Below, piece after piece: positions 51,286 to 60,783 of a DNA stretch of 64,000 bases. A program made the translations under genes and the position numbers. The DNA lies in assembly GCF_032116555.1 (NCBI RefSeq), contig NZ_CP134949.1, positions 620,001 through 684,000 of the forward strand, given 5' to 3'. The stretch comes from Halorarum halobium. Lineage in GTDB: Archaea; Halobacteriota; Halobacteria; Halobacteriales; Haloferacaceae. The first letter of the stretch is position 1, and each line of letters starts with the position of its first letter. The notes beneath the pieces are model-generated. The model saw nothing but the letters and a program-made list of their open reading frames with translations. It was not told where the DNA came from and ran no database searches.

Positions 51286-51747
51286 ATGGAGAAGACCGTG
51301 TTCAGGCGGGAAAACCGCGAGGACGACGCGGTGGCGGCGACGGCCGTCCGCACCTGCCACGCCGACCACGACCACGTCCAGTTCGACGGCTTCGTCGCGC
51401 CGGGCGAGACGCCGAGAGCCCAGGCGGACCGGGCGCTCTCGTTCGCGGATCGGTTCCTCCGCGAGTACTGCGACGGGAGCCTGGCGGACGTGACGATGAT
51501 CCGCCACTACGTCCGCGAGGACCTGCTGCCCGAGGCGGAGTTCGAGATCGGCGAGGCCTGCCGCGAGCACTTCTCGCCGCCCGAACTCCCGGGGACCGTG
51601 ATGGTCGGCGTGAGCGACGTGGTCGGCGGCGACCACGCGGTGAAGATCGAACTCGAGGCGCGGATCCCCCACGAGCGCGGCGAGACGGAGGTGGTGGAAC
51701 TGCCGCCGCCGCCGGGCTACACGAACAGTGCCGAACGGATCGAGTGA
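51286..51747 (+). CDS. RidA/YjgF/chorismate-mutase-like fold protein
   Basis: QADRAL, SLADVTMIRHYV, PGTVMVGVSD, VKIELEA. Confidence 0.6.
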   Translation: MEKTVFRRENREDDAVAATAVRTCHADHDHVQFDGFVAPGETPRAQADRALSFADRFLREYCDGSLADVTMIRHYVREDLLPEAEFEIGEACREHFSPPELPGTVMVGVSDVVGGDHAVKIELEARIPHERGETEVVELPPPPGYTNSAERIE

Positions 51748-51835
51748 CGGCGGACGTCGTTCACGACGGCGCTGGGAGGACTCCTTGGTCCGCGCGCGTG
51801 ACGCGAACTCGTGAAACTCCGTCCTCCAGATACGC

Positions 51836-52039
51836 TCACCGTGAGATCGTGTACAGCGACTGTGCCGACAGAACGAGCAGTATTACTGCGATTCCAAGTT
51901 CGACTCCGACACCGACGATTCCGGTGGAGAAGGCGGCCACGACGAGGAAAAGCCCGTACAACATCGCCGCCCCGGTCGCTAGAATCAGCAGGACTTCGCC
52001 CATCGCCTCCGCCGAGAACGTCGTGGTGTCGTCGGTCAT
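51836..52039 (-). CDS. Small hypothetical membrane protein (lower GC)
   Basis: MTDDTTTFSAEAMGEVLLIL..., two TMs. Confidence 0.45.
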   Translation of the reverse strand: MTDDTTTFSAEAMGEVLLILATGAAMLYGLFLVVAAFSTGIVGVGVELGIAVILLVLSAQSLYTISR

Positions 52040-52179
52040 CCGGTAGCTCTCCCGGATATCGACCCAAATATTTAGCGGCTCGTAACGGATACGAACCGAC
52101 GTCACGTCGCCCGTCCCGCCCACGGCCACCTGATTCTCGCACCCGTGGTTGCTTCGAGGGGCCGGAACCATCGGGGCCC

Positions 52180-53445
52180 CTAGCAGGAGCAGTAGTACTC
52201 GCGGTCGGTGAACTCGGTCTCGACCAGCCGAGCAGCCGGGTCCGGGTCGGACGGCCGATACACGCCGGTCGTGAGGTCACTCCCGTCCTCGAAGGCGCCC
52301 GAAACCAGGCTCGCCCAGTCGTCGGTCGAGAGCACGTCCCAGAACGCCGGGTCGGTCGCACACAGTTCGAGGTAGTCGCGGAGGTACACCCAGCGCGCGT
52401 CGCCGACGCCGTCCCCGGCCTCGCCCGCGCGGGCGACGTCCAGTTCGTACTCGGCGTCCGTCACCGCGGCGTAGGCGGCCATCGGCAGGTTCGCGCCCGC
52501 GGCGACGGGCAGCGAGATCCACTTCCAGGGCCGGGTGTTGATGTCGAGGAGGACGTACTGCTCGCGCTCCGCGTCGTAGACGAACTCCGCCTCGCTGATG
52601 CCGTGATAGTCGGTTTCGGCGAGCACCGAGAGCGCGCGGTCGCGGACCGCGGGTTCCGCGACCGTCTCCACCAGACACGAGGTGCCGAACTGACGGGGGA
52701 AGCGGACCGCGGCGTTGCCGACGACCGCGAGCGCGTCGTCCACGCCCGAGGGCGGGACGTACGAGGCGAGCGACGTGTCAGCGCCGGTCTCCACGGGCAC
52801 CTTCTCCTGGAGGAGCACCGTCGCGCCGGCGTCCTCGGCGGCGGCGACGGTCTCGTCGAGTTCGGCGCGCGAGTCGACCTCGACGACGTTCGTGCCGAAC
52901 GCCTCCTCGAACTTCCGCTTGTGCGCGGGTTTGACGACGAGCGGGAACCCGAGCGCCTCGACGACCGCCTCGGCGGGCGTCTCGGAGAGCCGGTACGTCT
53001 CGGGGTAGGGGACGCCGAGTTCCTCACAGAGGCGGTAGAGGTTGTCCTTGTCCAGCACGCGCTCGATGCCCTCGTGGTCCGAGAACGGGAGCCTGACGCC
53101 CTCGGGTTCGGTCCGGGCGAACCCGCGGACCCAGTCGTCCATGCACGCGAACGCGACGCAGTCGATTCCCGCAGCTTCGACGACGCGCTCGACGTCCTCG
53201 CGGAACCCGTCCATGTCGTCGAGCGGGTAGGTTACCTCGCCCGCGAAGTCGATCGTCCCGGAGGGCCAGGCGACGCCCGAGCCGGTGCGGTCGAGCGCGA
53301 TCACGGGGACGCCGTGGGCGTCGAGCGCGCGGGCGACGCTCACGCCGGTGACGTGGGCGTTGGCGACGAGCGCGGGCGGCCCGTCGAACGACGCCGATTC
53401 GAGGGCTTCGATCAGCGCGTCGGTGTCGTGGAACGCGTCTGCCAT
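52180..53445 (-). CDS. ATP-grasp carboxylate-amine ligase (D-aspartate-ligase-like)
   Basis: DKDNLY, PLVVKP, QEKVP, SEAEF, LLDINTRPW; C-terminus YYCSC. Confidence 0.82.
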   Translation of the reverse strand: MADAFHDTDALIEALESASFDGPPALVANAHVTGVSVARALDAHGVPVIALDRTGSGVAWPSGTIDFAGEVTYPLDDMDGFREDVERVVEAAGIDCVAFACMDDWVRGFARTEPEGVRLPFSDHEGIERVLDKDNLYRLCEELGVPYPETYRLSETPAEAVVEALGFPLVVKPAHKRKFEEAFGTNVVEVDSRAELDETVAAAEDAGATVLLQEKVPVETGADTSLASYVPPSGVDDALAVVGNAAVRFPRQFGTSCLVETVAEPAVRDRALSVLAETDYHGISEAEFVYDAEREQYVLLDINTRPWKWISLPVAAGANLPMAAYAAVTDAEYELDVARAGEAGDGVGDARWVYLRDYLELCATDPAFWDVLSTDDWASLVSGAFEDGSDLTTGVYRPSDPDPAARLVETEFTDREYYCSC

Positions 53446-53571
53446 CGATTGCTCTATTGTGGTTACGGGGAAAGACCCACGCTAGTCGGTCGTCTCTGCC
53501 GTCGCCGATGACGCCGTGTTCTCTAATTTCTTCGTGCGTGATTCTCCGTGGACTACCGTTATGGTGGCCGC

Positions 53572-53695
53572 GAAAGCCCCCGCTGCTCTCGGCTCGCGCG
53601 CCTCGCTGCGCTCCTCGTCGCTCACTGCGTTCGCTCCTGCGGTGCTTGCGTCGTCGTGCTTCCCCGAGAGCAGCGGCCCCTTTCAGTCCCACCCG
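53572..53695 (+). repeat. Intergenic structured repeat, module 1 copy C
   Basis: GAAAGCCC-[CCGCTGCTCTCGG 53580-53592]...CCTGCGGTGCTTG...[CCGAGAGCAGCGG 53664-53676]-CCCCTTTCAGTCCCACCCG. Confidence 0.87.
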
Positions 53696-53820
53696 CCGAT
53701 TAGTCGACCGAGCGTCGTTCCCCCGACTACCGCACGTACCGCCGTCGGTAGTCCGTCGAGGCGTCCGCCCGTCCGGCCGACGGTGACGCTGGCAGCAGGG
53801 GTGCGGTCGGCGCCTGCTTG

Positions 53821-53983
53821 CGGCTGGCGGTCACGCGAGCGGAGCGAGGGTGACGTCACGGGACCGGAGGTCCCGGGTAACGCGTGACGCGAGCCCCCCT
53901 TGTGGGGCGAGCACTCGCGCGCGAGGGATGAGCACCGGAGCGAGCTTGCGAGCGAGGAGCGCAAGCGGTTGGGGAGGGCGAGG
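53821..53983 (-). repeat. Intergenic structured repeat, module 2 inverted copy (carries a 51-bp cassette at 53830-53880)
   Basis: Reverse complement aligns with 5820-5941 apart from the cassette. Confidence 0.8.
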
Positions 53984-54094
53984 CCCTCCTCGGTCAAGCA
54001 GTGGTGGTCAGCCTGACCGGACAAGCAACGGCTGTGATCTGGAGTCGATATCAGAGCGCGTCGCTTAACCCGACCCGACCCCTGAGGAACCCAC

Positions 54095-54604
54095 ATGAGC
54101 GAACTCCCCGGGCGAGTCGGCCGCGCCCTCCGGGACCACGACGCGTTCGTCGACGACCCGGACGAGCACGGGGCCGACGAGGTTCCGAACACGAGCACCC
54201 CGTTCGACGCCAGCGTCGCCGTCGCGGAGCGCGAGGACGGTCGCGTCGAGTTCGACGTCACCGTGGGCGTCCCGACCATCGACGCCGTCGCCGAGGAGCA
54301 CGTCGCCGACGTGGTCGCGGACGGCTGGTACGAGACGTTCGAGCGTCGGATCCACGACGTCGGCGACGTCACGGCCGCCGGCCACGAGCTCTCCCCGAGC
54401 GTCGTCCGCGAGGACGGCGTCGTCGTCGTCTCGGCCGCCTTCGCGGATCTGAACGAGCGCCGGAGCGTGAACGACGCCGCCGCAGTCGTCGACTTCGTTG
54501 AGGGAACCTACGTCCAGGGCGTCATCCCCGGCTACGAGTACGGCGAGCCGGTGACGAGCCTCATCGGCAGGGCGCGGGCCGCGGCCGGCAGCGACGGGGC
54601 CTGA
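54095..54604 (+). CDS. Conserved haloarchaeal protein (DUF5813-like)
   Basis: VADVVADGWYETFERR, VEGTYVQGVIPGYEY. Confidence 0.75.
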   Translation: MSELPGRVGRALRDHDAFVDDPDEHGADEVPNTSTPFDASVAVAEREDGRVEFDVTVGVPTIDAVAEEHVADVVADGWYETFERRIHDVGDVTAAGHELSPSVVREDGVVVVSAAFADLNERRSVNDAAAVVDFVEGTYVQGVIPGYEYGEPVTSLIGRARAAAGSDGA

Positions 54605-55123
54605 TCAGTCGTCCATCGCGTCCGCGAGCGTTCGTTCGATGAACGCCGCCTTCCGGCGGGTGTACGCCTCGCGGTCGTCGGGGAACTCGTCCGCGAGGTC
54701 GCGCTTCAGCGACTCGTAGGCGGCTGCGACGTGGGGATGCTCGCGGAGGTGATCGCGGAACGCCAGTTTCTCCCGCCGGTACTCGCTGCCGGCCTCCGTC
54801 AACGAGAGGTAGTGCGTCCGGTCCTCGGGCGGTCCCTTCGCCAGGAACACCCGCCCCGCGACGTCGTCCGGGCGGCGCTCGTAGCCGTTCGCCTCCAGGG
54901 TCGCCACGAGTTCTGCGACGGCCCCGACGTCGGGCACCGTGGCGAGCACGTCCACGACCGGTTTCGCCGCCAGCCCCTCGACCGCCGTGCTGCCGACGTG
55001 GTCGAACCGGATCACCGACTCCCCGACGAGGTCGCGGAGCCTCGCGACCTCACGTTCGTAGGCGCGACGCCACGCCGGCGTCCACTCGCGGAGTTCGACC
55101 GTGCCGCGCGCGAGTCCGACCAT
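54605..55123 (-). CDS. GrpB family nucleotidyltransferase-like protein
   Basis: DHVGSTAVEGLAAKPVVD, FRDHLR, YESLKRDLA, YTRRKAAFI. Confidence 0.88.
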   Translation of the reverse strand: MVGLARGTVELREWTPAWRRAYEREVARLRDLVGESVIRFDHVGSTAVEGLAAKPVVDVLATVPDVGAVAELVATLEANGYERRPDDVAGRVFLAKGPPEDRTHYLSLTEAGSEYRREKLAFRDHLREHPHVAAAYESLKRDLADEFPDDREAYTRRKAAFIERTLADAMDD

Positions 55124-55164
55124 GTCCCCGAAACCCGGCTCGTGAGGAAAAGCGGTTCGACGCG

Positions 55165-55398
55165 TCAGCCCATGGCGATGTACGTCTTCGTGTCCTCGAC
55201 GCCCGCGATCTGGAGGACGCCGTCGGCGGTGACGGCCTTCACCTGGCTCGGGCCGTCCACGCGGACCTTGACGACGAAGTCCACGTCGCCCGCGACGATG
55301 TGTGCCGCCTCGACGCCCTCGAGCGATTCGATCGCCTCCTTCACCCGGTCGGCGTCGCCCGTGTTCGCCTTCACCATGACGTAGGCCGTGACGCTCAC
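55165..55398 (-). CDS. Lrp/AsnC ligand-binding-domain-only protein
   Basis: AYVMVKANTG, AHIVAGDVD, DTKTYIAM; no HTH. Confidence 0.85.
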   Translation of the reverse strand: MSVTAYVMVKANTGDADRVKEAIESLEGVEAAHIVAGDVDFVVKVRVDGPSQVKAVTADGVLQIAGVEDTKTYIAMG

Positions 55399-56093
55399 GG
55401 CTCGGCCCCCGCCGCCGTCGTGATCGCGTCGGCGGCGTCCTCGCCGACGAGCAGCTGGCGAACGTCGTCGAGCACCGCGAAGTCCGCGAGGACGGCCAGG
55501 CGGTCACCCTCCTCCAGCGAGTCGTCCGCGAGCGGGATGCCCATCGGCTCGTCCTTCTTGCCGAACGCGAGGACGCGGGCCTCCGAGGGGAGCGCCACCT
55601 CGCTGAGCGAGTACCCCTTCATCGGCGATTCCGCCGTCACGGTGACCAGGAGCACCTGGAGGTGCTCGGCGATGTCGGCGATGGCCTGGATGTTGCCACC
55701 CAGCAGGGCGTTCTTCGCGCCGATGGCCCCCAGCCGCTCGGGGTAGACGATCTCGTCCACCTCGTCGGCGTACTTCTGGTAGATCTCCTCGCGGTAGTCC
55801 TCGTCGATGCGCATGACCGTCCGACAGCCGTGGTGTTTGGCGATCATGCAGGCCGCGAAGTTCGCGTTCAGATCGCCCGTGAGCGCGCCGACCGCGTCGG
55901 CGGCCGCCACGCCGGCCTCGACGAGCGTCCCCTCCCGCGACCCGTCGCCCTCGTACACCTCGAAGCCGTCCGTCCGGGCCCGTGCCGCCCGGTCCGCGTC
56001 GCGTTCGACGATCACCACCTCGTGGCCCTCCTCGCGCAGCACGCGCGCCGTGCGCAACCCGACCCGTCCCGAGCCGATGACGATGAAGCGCAT
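55395..56093 (-). CDS. trkA: TrkA family RCK/NAD-binding protein
   Basis: IGSGRVG Rossmann motif, TGDLNAN, YPERLGA, TrkA-C domain. Confidence 0.88.
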   Translation of the reverse strand: MRFIVIGSGRVGLRTARVLREEGHEVVIVERDADRAARARTDGFEVYEGDGSREGTLVEAGVAAADAVGALTGDLNANFAACMIAKHHGCRTVMRIDEDYREEIYQKYADEVDEIVYPERLGAIGAKNALLGGNIQAIADIAEHLQVLLVTVTAESPMKGYSLSEVALPSEARVLAFGKKDEPMGIPLADDSLEEGDRLAVLADFAVLDDVRQLLVGEDAADAITTAAGAEP

Positions 56094-56175
56094 GACACGT
56101 GTTATGACGGCACAGGGGATAACTGTACCCCCGAGCCGGGGGAAGGTTTTTAGCCATGTCAACCGATGTCACACC

Positions 56176-56409
56176 ATGGTCCACGCGTTCGTGATGGTGA
56201 AAGCCGGGGCCGGCGAGGCCGAGTCCGTCGCGGGGCAGGTCCGGGGGCTCGCGTCCGTCGCCGAGGCCCACGTCGTCGCCGGCGAGTACGACGTCATCGC
56301 CGAGGTCGACGCCGAGGAGGTGTACGGCGTGCTCGACGCGGTCGCCAGCGGCGTCCAGAGCCTCGCGGGCGTCAGCGACACGAAGACGTACGTCTCGATG
56401 GACGAGTAG
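56176..56409 (+). CDS. Lrp/AsnC ligand-binding-domain-only protein
   Basis: MVHAFVMVKAGAG, AHVVAGEYD, DTKTYVSM; no HTH. Confidence 0.85.
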   Translation: MVHAFVMVKAGAGEAESVAGQVRGLASVAEAHVVAGEYDVIAEVDAEEVYGVLDAVASGVQSLAGVSDTKTYVSMDE

Positions 56410-56493
56410 CGGTCGGTTCGAGGAGCATGGCGGCCGGTTCGATGGACGAGTAGCCGACGCCCGATCGAGGAATCGGGATCGTCCCGGTCGGGG

Positions 56494-57540
56494 CTACCGG
56501 TCCAGCTCGTACGGGTCGTGCTCGTCCACGAACGCCCGGAGCTCCGCCCGCTGCCGTTCGAGTTCGGGCGGGAGCTCCTCGTAGGCCGCATCGAACACGT
56601 CCTCCGGCTCGGGTCGCGGCACCGATTCGGCCAGGTCGACCGCGTCGGCGAGCTCCTCGTTCGCCTCGTCGATCGTCTCGTCGACGAACGACTGGCCGAC
56701 GATTCCCTGCTCCCGGCACCACTCCGCGAAGCGCTCGACGGGATCGCGCTTTCGCCACTCGGGCAGGTCCGGGTCCTCCTCCCGGTAGGCCGAGGGGTCG
56801 TCCGCGGTCGTGTGTGCGCCGCGGCGGTACGTGAGCGCTTCCACCAGCACCGGCTCGCCGTCACGGGCCGTCTCCAGCGCGTCGGCGACGGTCTCCCGAA
56901 CGGCCAGCGGGTCGTTGCCGTCCACCTGGATGCCGTCGAAGCCGTACGCCCCGGCCTTGACGGCGATGGACTCGCTGGCCGTCTGTTTCTCGCGCGGGAG
57001 CGAGATGGCCCACGCGTTGTTCTCACAGAAGAACACCGTCGGCGCGTCGAACACGCCCGCGAAGTTCAGCCCCTCGTGGAAGTCGCCCTCGGAGGTCGCG
57101 CCGTCGCCGAAACAGACGAGCGAGGCGTAGTCCTCGTCCTCGTAGTTGGCCGCCATGCCCGCGCCGGCGGCGTGGGGGATCTGGGAGGCGATGGGGACCG
57201 CCTGCGGGAAGACGGGAATCTCGTGGTCCGAGTGGTACTCGGGGAAGCCGCGCCGGAACAGCAGGATGTCGCTCATCGGCACGCCGCGGGCGATCTGGAG
57301 CGCGTTCGAGCGGTAGGTGGGGAACAGCCAGTCGTCCTCGGCCATCGCGTGTGCCGCGCCGATCTGTGCGGCCTCCTGGCCGGTGAACGGCGGGTAGCCG
57401 CTCATCCACCCGCGGCGCTGGAGCGCCAGCGCCCGCTCGTCGAAGCGGCGCGTCCGCAGCATGTCGGTCAGCGCCGCGCGGGCGTCCTCGGCGTCGAACG
57501 GCGTCTCGGCGAGTCCCCGCTCGCCGATGATTCGGTTCAT
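56494..57540 (-). CDS. 2-oxoacid dehydrogenase E1 alpha subunit (TPP-dependent), stand-alone here
   Basis: GQEAAQ, PTYR, FGDGATSEGDFHEGLNFA...NN, HTTADDP. Confidence 0.92.
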   Translation of the reverse strand: MNRIIGERGLAETPFDAEDARAALTDMLRTRRFDERALALQRRGWMSGYPPFTGQEAAQIGAAHAMAEDDWLFPTYRSNALQIARGVPMSDILLFRRGFPEYHSDHEIPVFPQAVPIASQIPHAAGAGMAANYEDEDYASLVCFGDGATSEGDFHEGLNFAGVFDAPTVFFCENNAWAISLPREKQTASESIAVKAGAYGFDGIQVDGNDPLAVRETVADALETARDGEPVLVEALTYRRGAHTTADDPSAYREEDPDLPEWRKRDPVERFAEWCREQGIVGQSFVDETIDEANEELADAVDLAESVPRPEPEDVFDAAYEELPPELERQRAELRAFVDEHDPYELDR

Positions 57541-57651
57541 ATCGAGCCGTGTTCGGCCTCCATGATAAAGTGGGGCGGAAAGGCTCGCTACGGGGGCGGG
57601 ACTCGGTCCCGACTCCGACAGGTCGAAGTCCGCGACCCGCCAAGCGGGGGT

Positions 57652-57966
57652 ATGGCAACGGTCCTCGCGCTCGCGCTGACGCTCGTGGTGGTCGCGCTCC
57701 ACACGCTGCTCACGGCGGTCATGGCGCGGTTCTTCCGCATCCGGCTCCACACCGAGTGGGGGTGGGTGCTCTACACGCTGGTCGTCATCCCGTTCGTGCT
57801 CACGGCGACGACGCTCGTCTCCGGCATCGTCATCCCGCAGGTGTTCTCCTCCGTGGCGGTGCTGCTGGCGGTGATGGTCGGCCTGCCGCTCTCGCTCGGG
57901 TTCACCGTCGAACTGCTGTACGTCCCGCCGCCCGAGGAGTACGAACTGCCGGACTCGACCGACTAA
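57652..57966 (+). CDS. Small conserved membrane protein
   Basis: HTLLTAVMARFFRIRLHTEWG, three TMs, PPPEEYELP. Confidence 0.7.
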   Translation: MATVLALALTLVVVALHTLLTAVMARFFRIRLHTEWGWVLYTLVVIPFVLTATTLVSGIVIPQVFSSVAVLLAVMVGLPLSLGFTVELLYVPPPEEYELPDSTD

Positions 57967-58862
57967 TCCGCCGGGGCCGCCGTCGCTGTCGGTGACGGGG
58001 CCGCCGTCCGCGTCGGCGACGACGGGGTCCCCGCCGCGGACCCGCTCCGGTTCCCGCCCGCCCGGGTCGCCCACGCCGGCCGCGGCGCCGTCGTGTTCCC
58101 GACGTCGGTCACGCGGAACGTCAGGACCTGCCGGGCCGTCCCCTCGCCCACGGTCACCTCGGAGACGATGACGTAGGAGCGAACGACGCCCGAGGGCGCG
58201 ACAGAGACGACGGCGGTCGCGTTCCGGCCCGCCGTCAGCCCGGTCCCGTTCGCCGGCGGACCCGTGCCGTCGAGCACGGTCACCAGTTCGGTCCCCCGGC
58301 GCTCCTGCCCGGTGACCGAGAGGTTCCAGCCGTCGAGTCGCGGGAACAGCAGGCTCTCGCCGGTCTCGTCGGTCGGCGCGAACACGGGCGGTCCGCTCGC
58401 CGCGTACGAGTACCGGACCGTCCCGTTCGCCCGGGCCCGGCGGACCGCGGTCTCGTCGCCGTTCGTCCACAGGGTGAGCGTCCGGGGAGCCGCGTCGCCG
58501 TCGAACCGCTCGCCGGTCGTCCGGAAGGAGTAGCGGAGTCGAGGGCCGGAACTCCGGGTCACCGTCCGCGAGGTCGCGAGGACGGTCCCGTCGGCCGCCC
58601 GCACCGTCCGGTTCGTCCGGACCGTGACCGAGTCGTCCCGGAGCGCGCCCTCGTGGGCGGCCGCCAGCGTCTCCACGTTCACGCCGTCGCCCGACACGCC
58701 CGGGGGGTAGTCCCGGGTCGGCGTGGGCGACGCCGTCGGCGACGGCGTCCCCTGCAGGGCGGGCGCGACGGTTCGCGCGCCGCCGTCGTCCGGGCCGACG
58801 ACGCCGCTACAGCCCGACAGAACCAGCAGCAACGCGACCGCGACCGCGGGCGTGCGGCCCAT
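57963..58862 (-). CDS. Putative lipoprotein, Thr/Pro-rich
   Basis: MGRTPAVAVALLLVLSGCSG lipobox; YPPGV...LAAAHEGAL. Confidence 0.7.
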   Translation of the reverse strand: MGRTPAVAVALLLVLSGCSGVVGPDDGGARTVAPALQGTPSPTASPTPTRDYPPGVSGDGVNVETLAAAHEGALRDDSVTVRTNRTVRAADGTVLATSRTVTRSSGPRLRYSFRTTGERFDGDAAPRTLTLWTNGDETAVRRARANGTVRYSYAASGPPVFAPTDETGESLLFPRLDGWNLSVTGQERRGTELVTVLDGTGPPANGTGLTAGRNATAVVSVAPSGVVRSYVIVSEVTVGEGTARQVLTFRVTDVGNTTAPRPAWATRAGGNRSGSAAGTPSSPTRTAAPSPTATAAPAD

Positions 58863-58927
58863 GTCTCCCCGTTTCGGGGCGCTCACCATAAGGTTCGTCC
58901 GGCGGCACGACCGGCCGCTCGTCCCGG

Positions 58928-59518
58928 TTACCGCTCGGCGAGCAGGTCGCCGACGACGCGTTCGACGGAGTCGAGCACCCGTTCCGGCGAGCGTGAGGCG
59001 TCGATGCGGACGAACCGCTCCGGCTCGGAGTCGATGAGCCGCTCGTAGTTCTCCCGGACGCTCTCGAGGAACTCGGCGCGCTCGAACTTGTTCGTCGCCC
59101 CGGCGCGGGCGGCGGCGGTCTCGGGGTCGAGATCGAAGTACAGCGTCGCGTCCGGCTCGCGGGTAAACGCCTGATGGACGCCGCGGACGTACTCCAGCGG
59201 GCGCTGGACGTCGGTGTCGGCGAGGCTCGCGCCCTGGTAGGCGTATCGGGAGTCGGTGAAGCGATCCGAGATCACGACGCCGCCGTCGGCGAGTGCGGGC
59301 CGCACGACCCGCGAGAGGTGGTCCGCGTGATCGGCCGTAAAGAGGAACAGTTCCGCGAGCGGGTCGGCCCGGTCCTCGCTCTCGGAGCGGCGGACGGCCT
59401 CCCCGTACCACGAGTCGGTCGGCTCGTGCGTGAACGTCACCTCGGGGCGAACGTCGTGGAGCGCCTCCCACGCGGTCGTCTTGCCGCTCCCGTCGAGCCC
59501 CTCGAGCGTGATGAGCAT
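58928..59518 (-). CDS. tmk: Thymidylate kinase
   Basis: [29 protein letters not shown]. Confidence 0.95.
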   Translation of the reverse strand: MLITLEGLDGSGKTTAWEALHDVRPEVTFTHEPTDSWYGEAVRRSESEDRADPLAELFLFTADHADHLSRVVRPALADGGVVISDRFTDSRYAYQGASLADTDVQRPLEYVRGVHQAFTREPDATLYFDLDPETAAARAGATNKFERAEFLESVRENYERLIDSEPERFVRIDASRSPERVLDSVERVVGDLLAER

Positions 59519-59629
59519 TCGTGTTCGGGGGTGTCGGCCACGGGCTTTACCGTTTGCGTGTCGCCCGTGCCGGAGCTTGCGTGTCCGAACGGCCGGGAAT
59601 CCGGACGCGTCGTCCCCGGCGGTTCGACC

Positions 59630-59671
59630 GGCGGCGGTGGCGGGTCAGCGGGCGGCGGTGGCGGGTCAGCG
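59630..59671. repeat. 21-bp perfect tandem repeat spanning the beta-RFAP synthase stop codon
   Basis: GGCGGCGGTGGCGGGTCAGCG x2. Confidence 0.85.
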
Positions 59672-60658
59672 GGCGTCGCCGGTCGAAACCGCGGCTCCCT
59701 CGTTCCGCGCGCGGACGACCGACACGTCGCCGCCGACGCCGGCGGCGTCCAGCGCGCGGTGGCCGGCCTCGCGGGCCGGCTCCGCGTGCTCGGCGTCGGT
59801 GACGCCGTAGACGGTCGGGCCCCACGAGGACTGGCCGGCCCCGAAGACGGCGGTGGCGTCGCGGAGCGCCGCGACCACGTCGCCGACCGGCGGGCGGTAG
59901 ACGCCGCCCTGCTCGTCCGCGAACCACGCGCCGTTGAGCCGGCCGATTTCGCCGACCGCGCTTCCGAACCGCTCGGCCGAGCCCTCCGCGAGCGCGGGGA
60001 GCAGCCGCCGCTGCACGACGCCGGCGACGCGATCGGCCACGTCGGGGTCGGCGTTCTCGATCACGGCCCGCATCGAGTCGTCCTCCCTGCCGTCCGCCCG
60101 GCCCGGGTCGGCCTCGGGAACCACGAGCAGGAAACGCCAGTCGTCGGGGACCGCGTGGCGCGCGGCGACCGCCGGAACGGTCCAGTCCCCGTCGTCGGGA
60201 CGGTCGGTGGTGAACCGCTCGGTCGGGTGGCCGGCGTCGAGGACGAACCCGCCGGACTCGAAGGCGGCGACGCCGACGCCCGAGCGGCCACCGCGGCCCA
60301 GCGCCGGGGAACGCTCGCGGACCCTCGCGTCGCGGCCGTACACCCCGGCGACGGCCGACAGGACCGCGAGCGAGAGCTGCGTCCCGCTCCCGAGGCCCAT
60401 GTGGCGCGGGAGCGTCTCCGCGACGTCGACGTCGACGCCGGGCAGGTCGAGGAGGTCACAGACCCGGGCGGCACACCGGCGGGCGACCGGGTGCTCACAG
60501 CGGACCGCGTCGGCGGGCCGCGCGGTGAGGCGGACGCCCGGCTCGTCGAGCGCGACCCCGGCCGCGCCGTACAGCCGCTCGCCGGCGAGGCTGAGGTTGC
60601 CGAACCCGAAGTGGAGGCGGGCACCCGTCTCGACGTCGACGCCCTCGTCCGGTGCCAT
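59666..60658 (-). CDS. Beta-ribofuranosylaminobenzene 5'-phosphate synthase family (GHMP kinase fold)
   Basis: ARLHFGF, PRHMGLGSGTQ, GRGGRSGVG, GGFVLDAGH, GQSSWGP. Confidence 0.88.
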   Translation of the reverse strand: MAPDEGVDVETGARLHFGFGNLSLAGERLYGAAGVALDEPGVRLTARPADAVRCEHPVARRCAARVCDLLDLPGVDVDVAETLPRHMGLGSGTQLSLAVLSAVAGVYGRDARVRERSPALGRGGRSGVGVAAFESGGFVLDAGHPTERFTTDRPDDGDWTVPAVAARHAVPDDWRFLLVVPEADPGRADGREDDSMRAVIENADPDVADRVAGVVQRRLLPALAEGSAERFGSAVGEIGRLNGAWFADEQGGVYRPPVGDVVAALRDATAVFGAGQSSWGPTVYGVTDAEHAEPAREAGHRALDAAGVGGDVSVVRARNEGAAVSTGDAR

Positions 60659-60783
60659 CGCCGGGGAGTCGGCCCCGTACCCGCCTGTCGGTTTCGACAC
60701 CGGCGGAATCGGACGCTACCGCGGCCAGCCGAGGGCCCGGCGACCGCAAAGCCCTTTCAGGGTGGCCACCGGATCGTAACCAG

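Noticed and set aside
5621..53983. CRISPR array or autonomous IS interpretation of the repeats
   Set aside because: There are no regularly spaced direct repeats with unique spacers, no cas genes, no transposase ORF and no target-site duplications visible.
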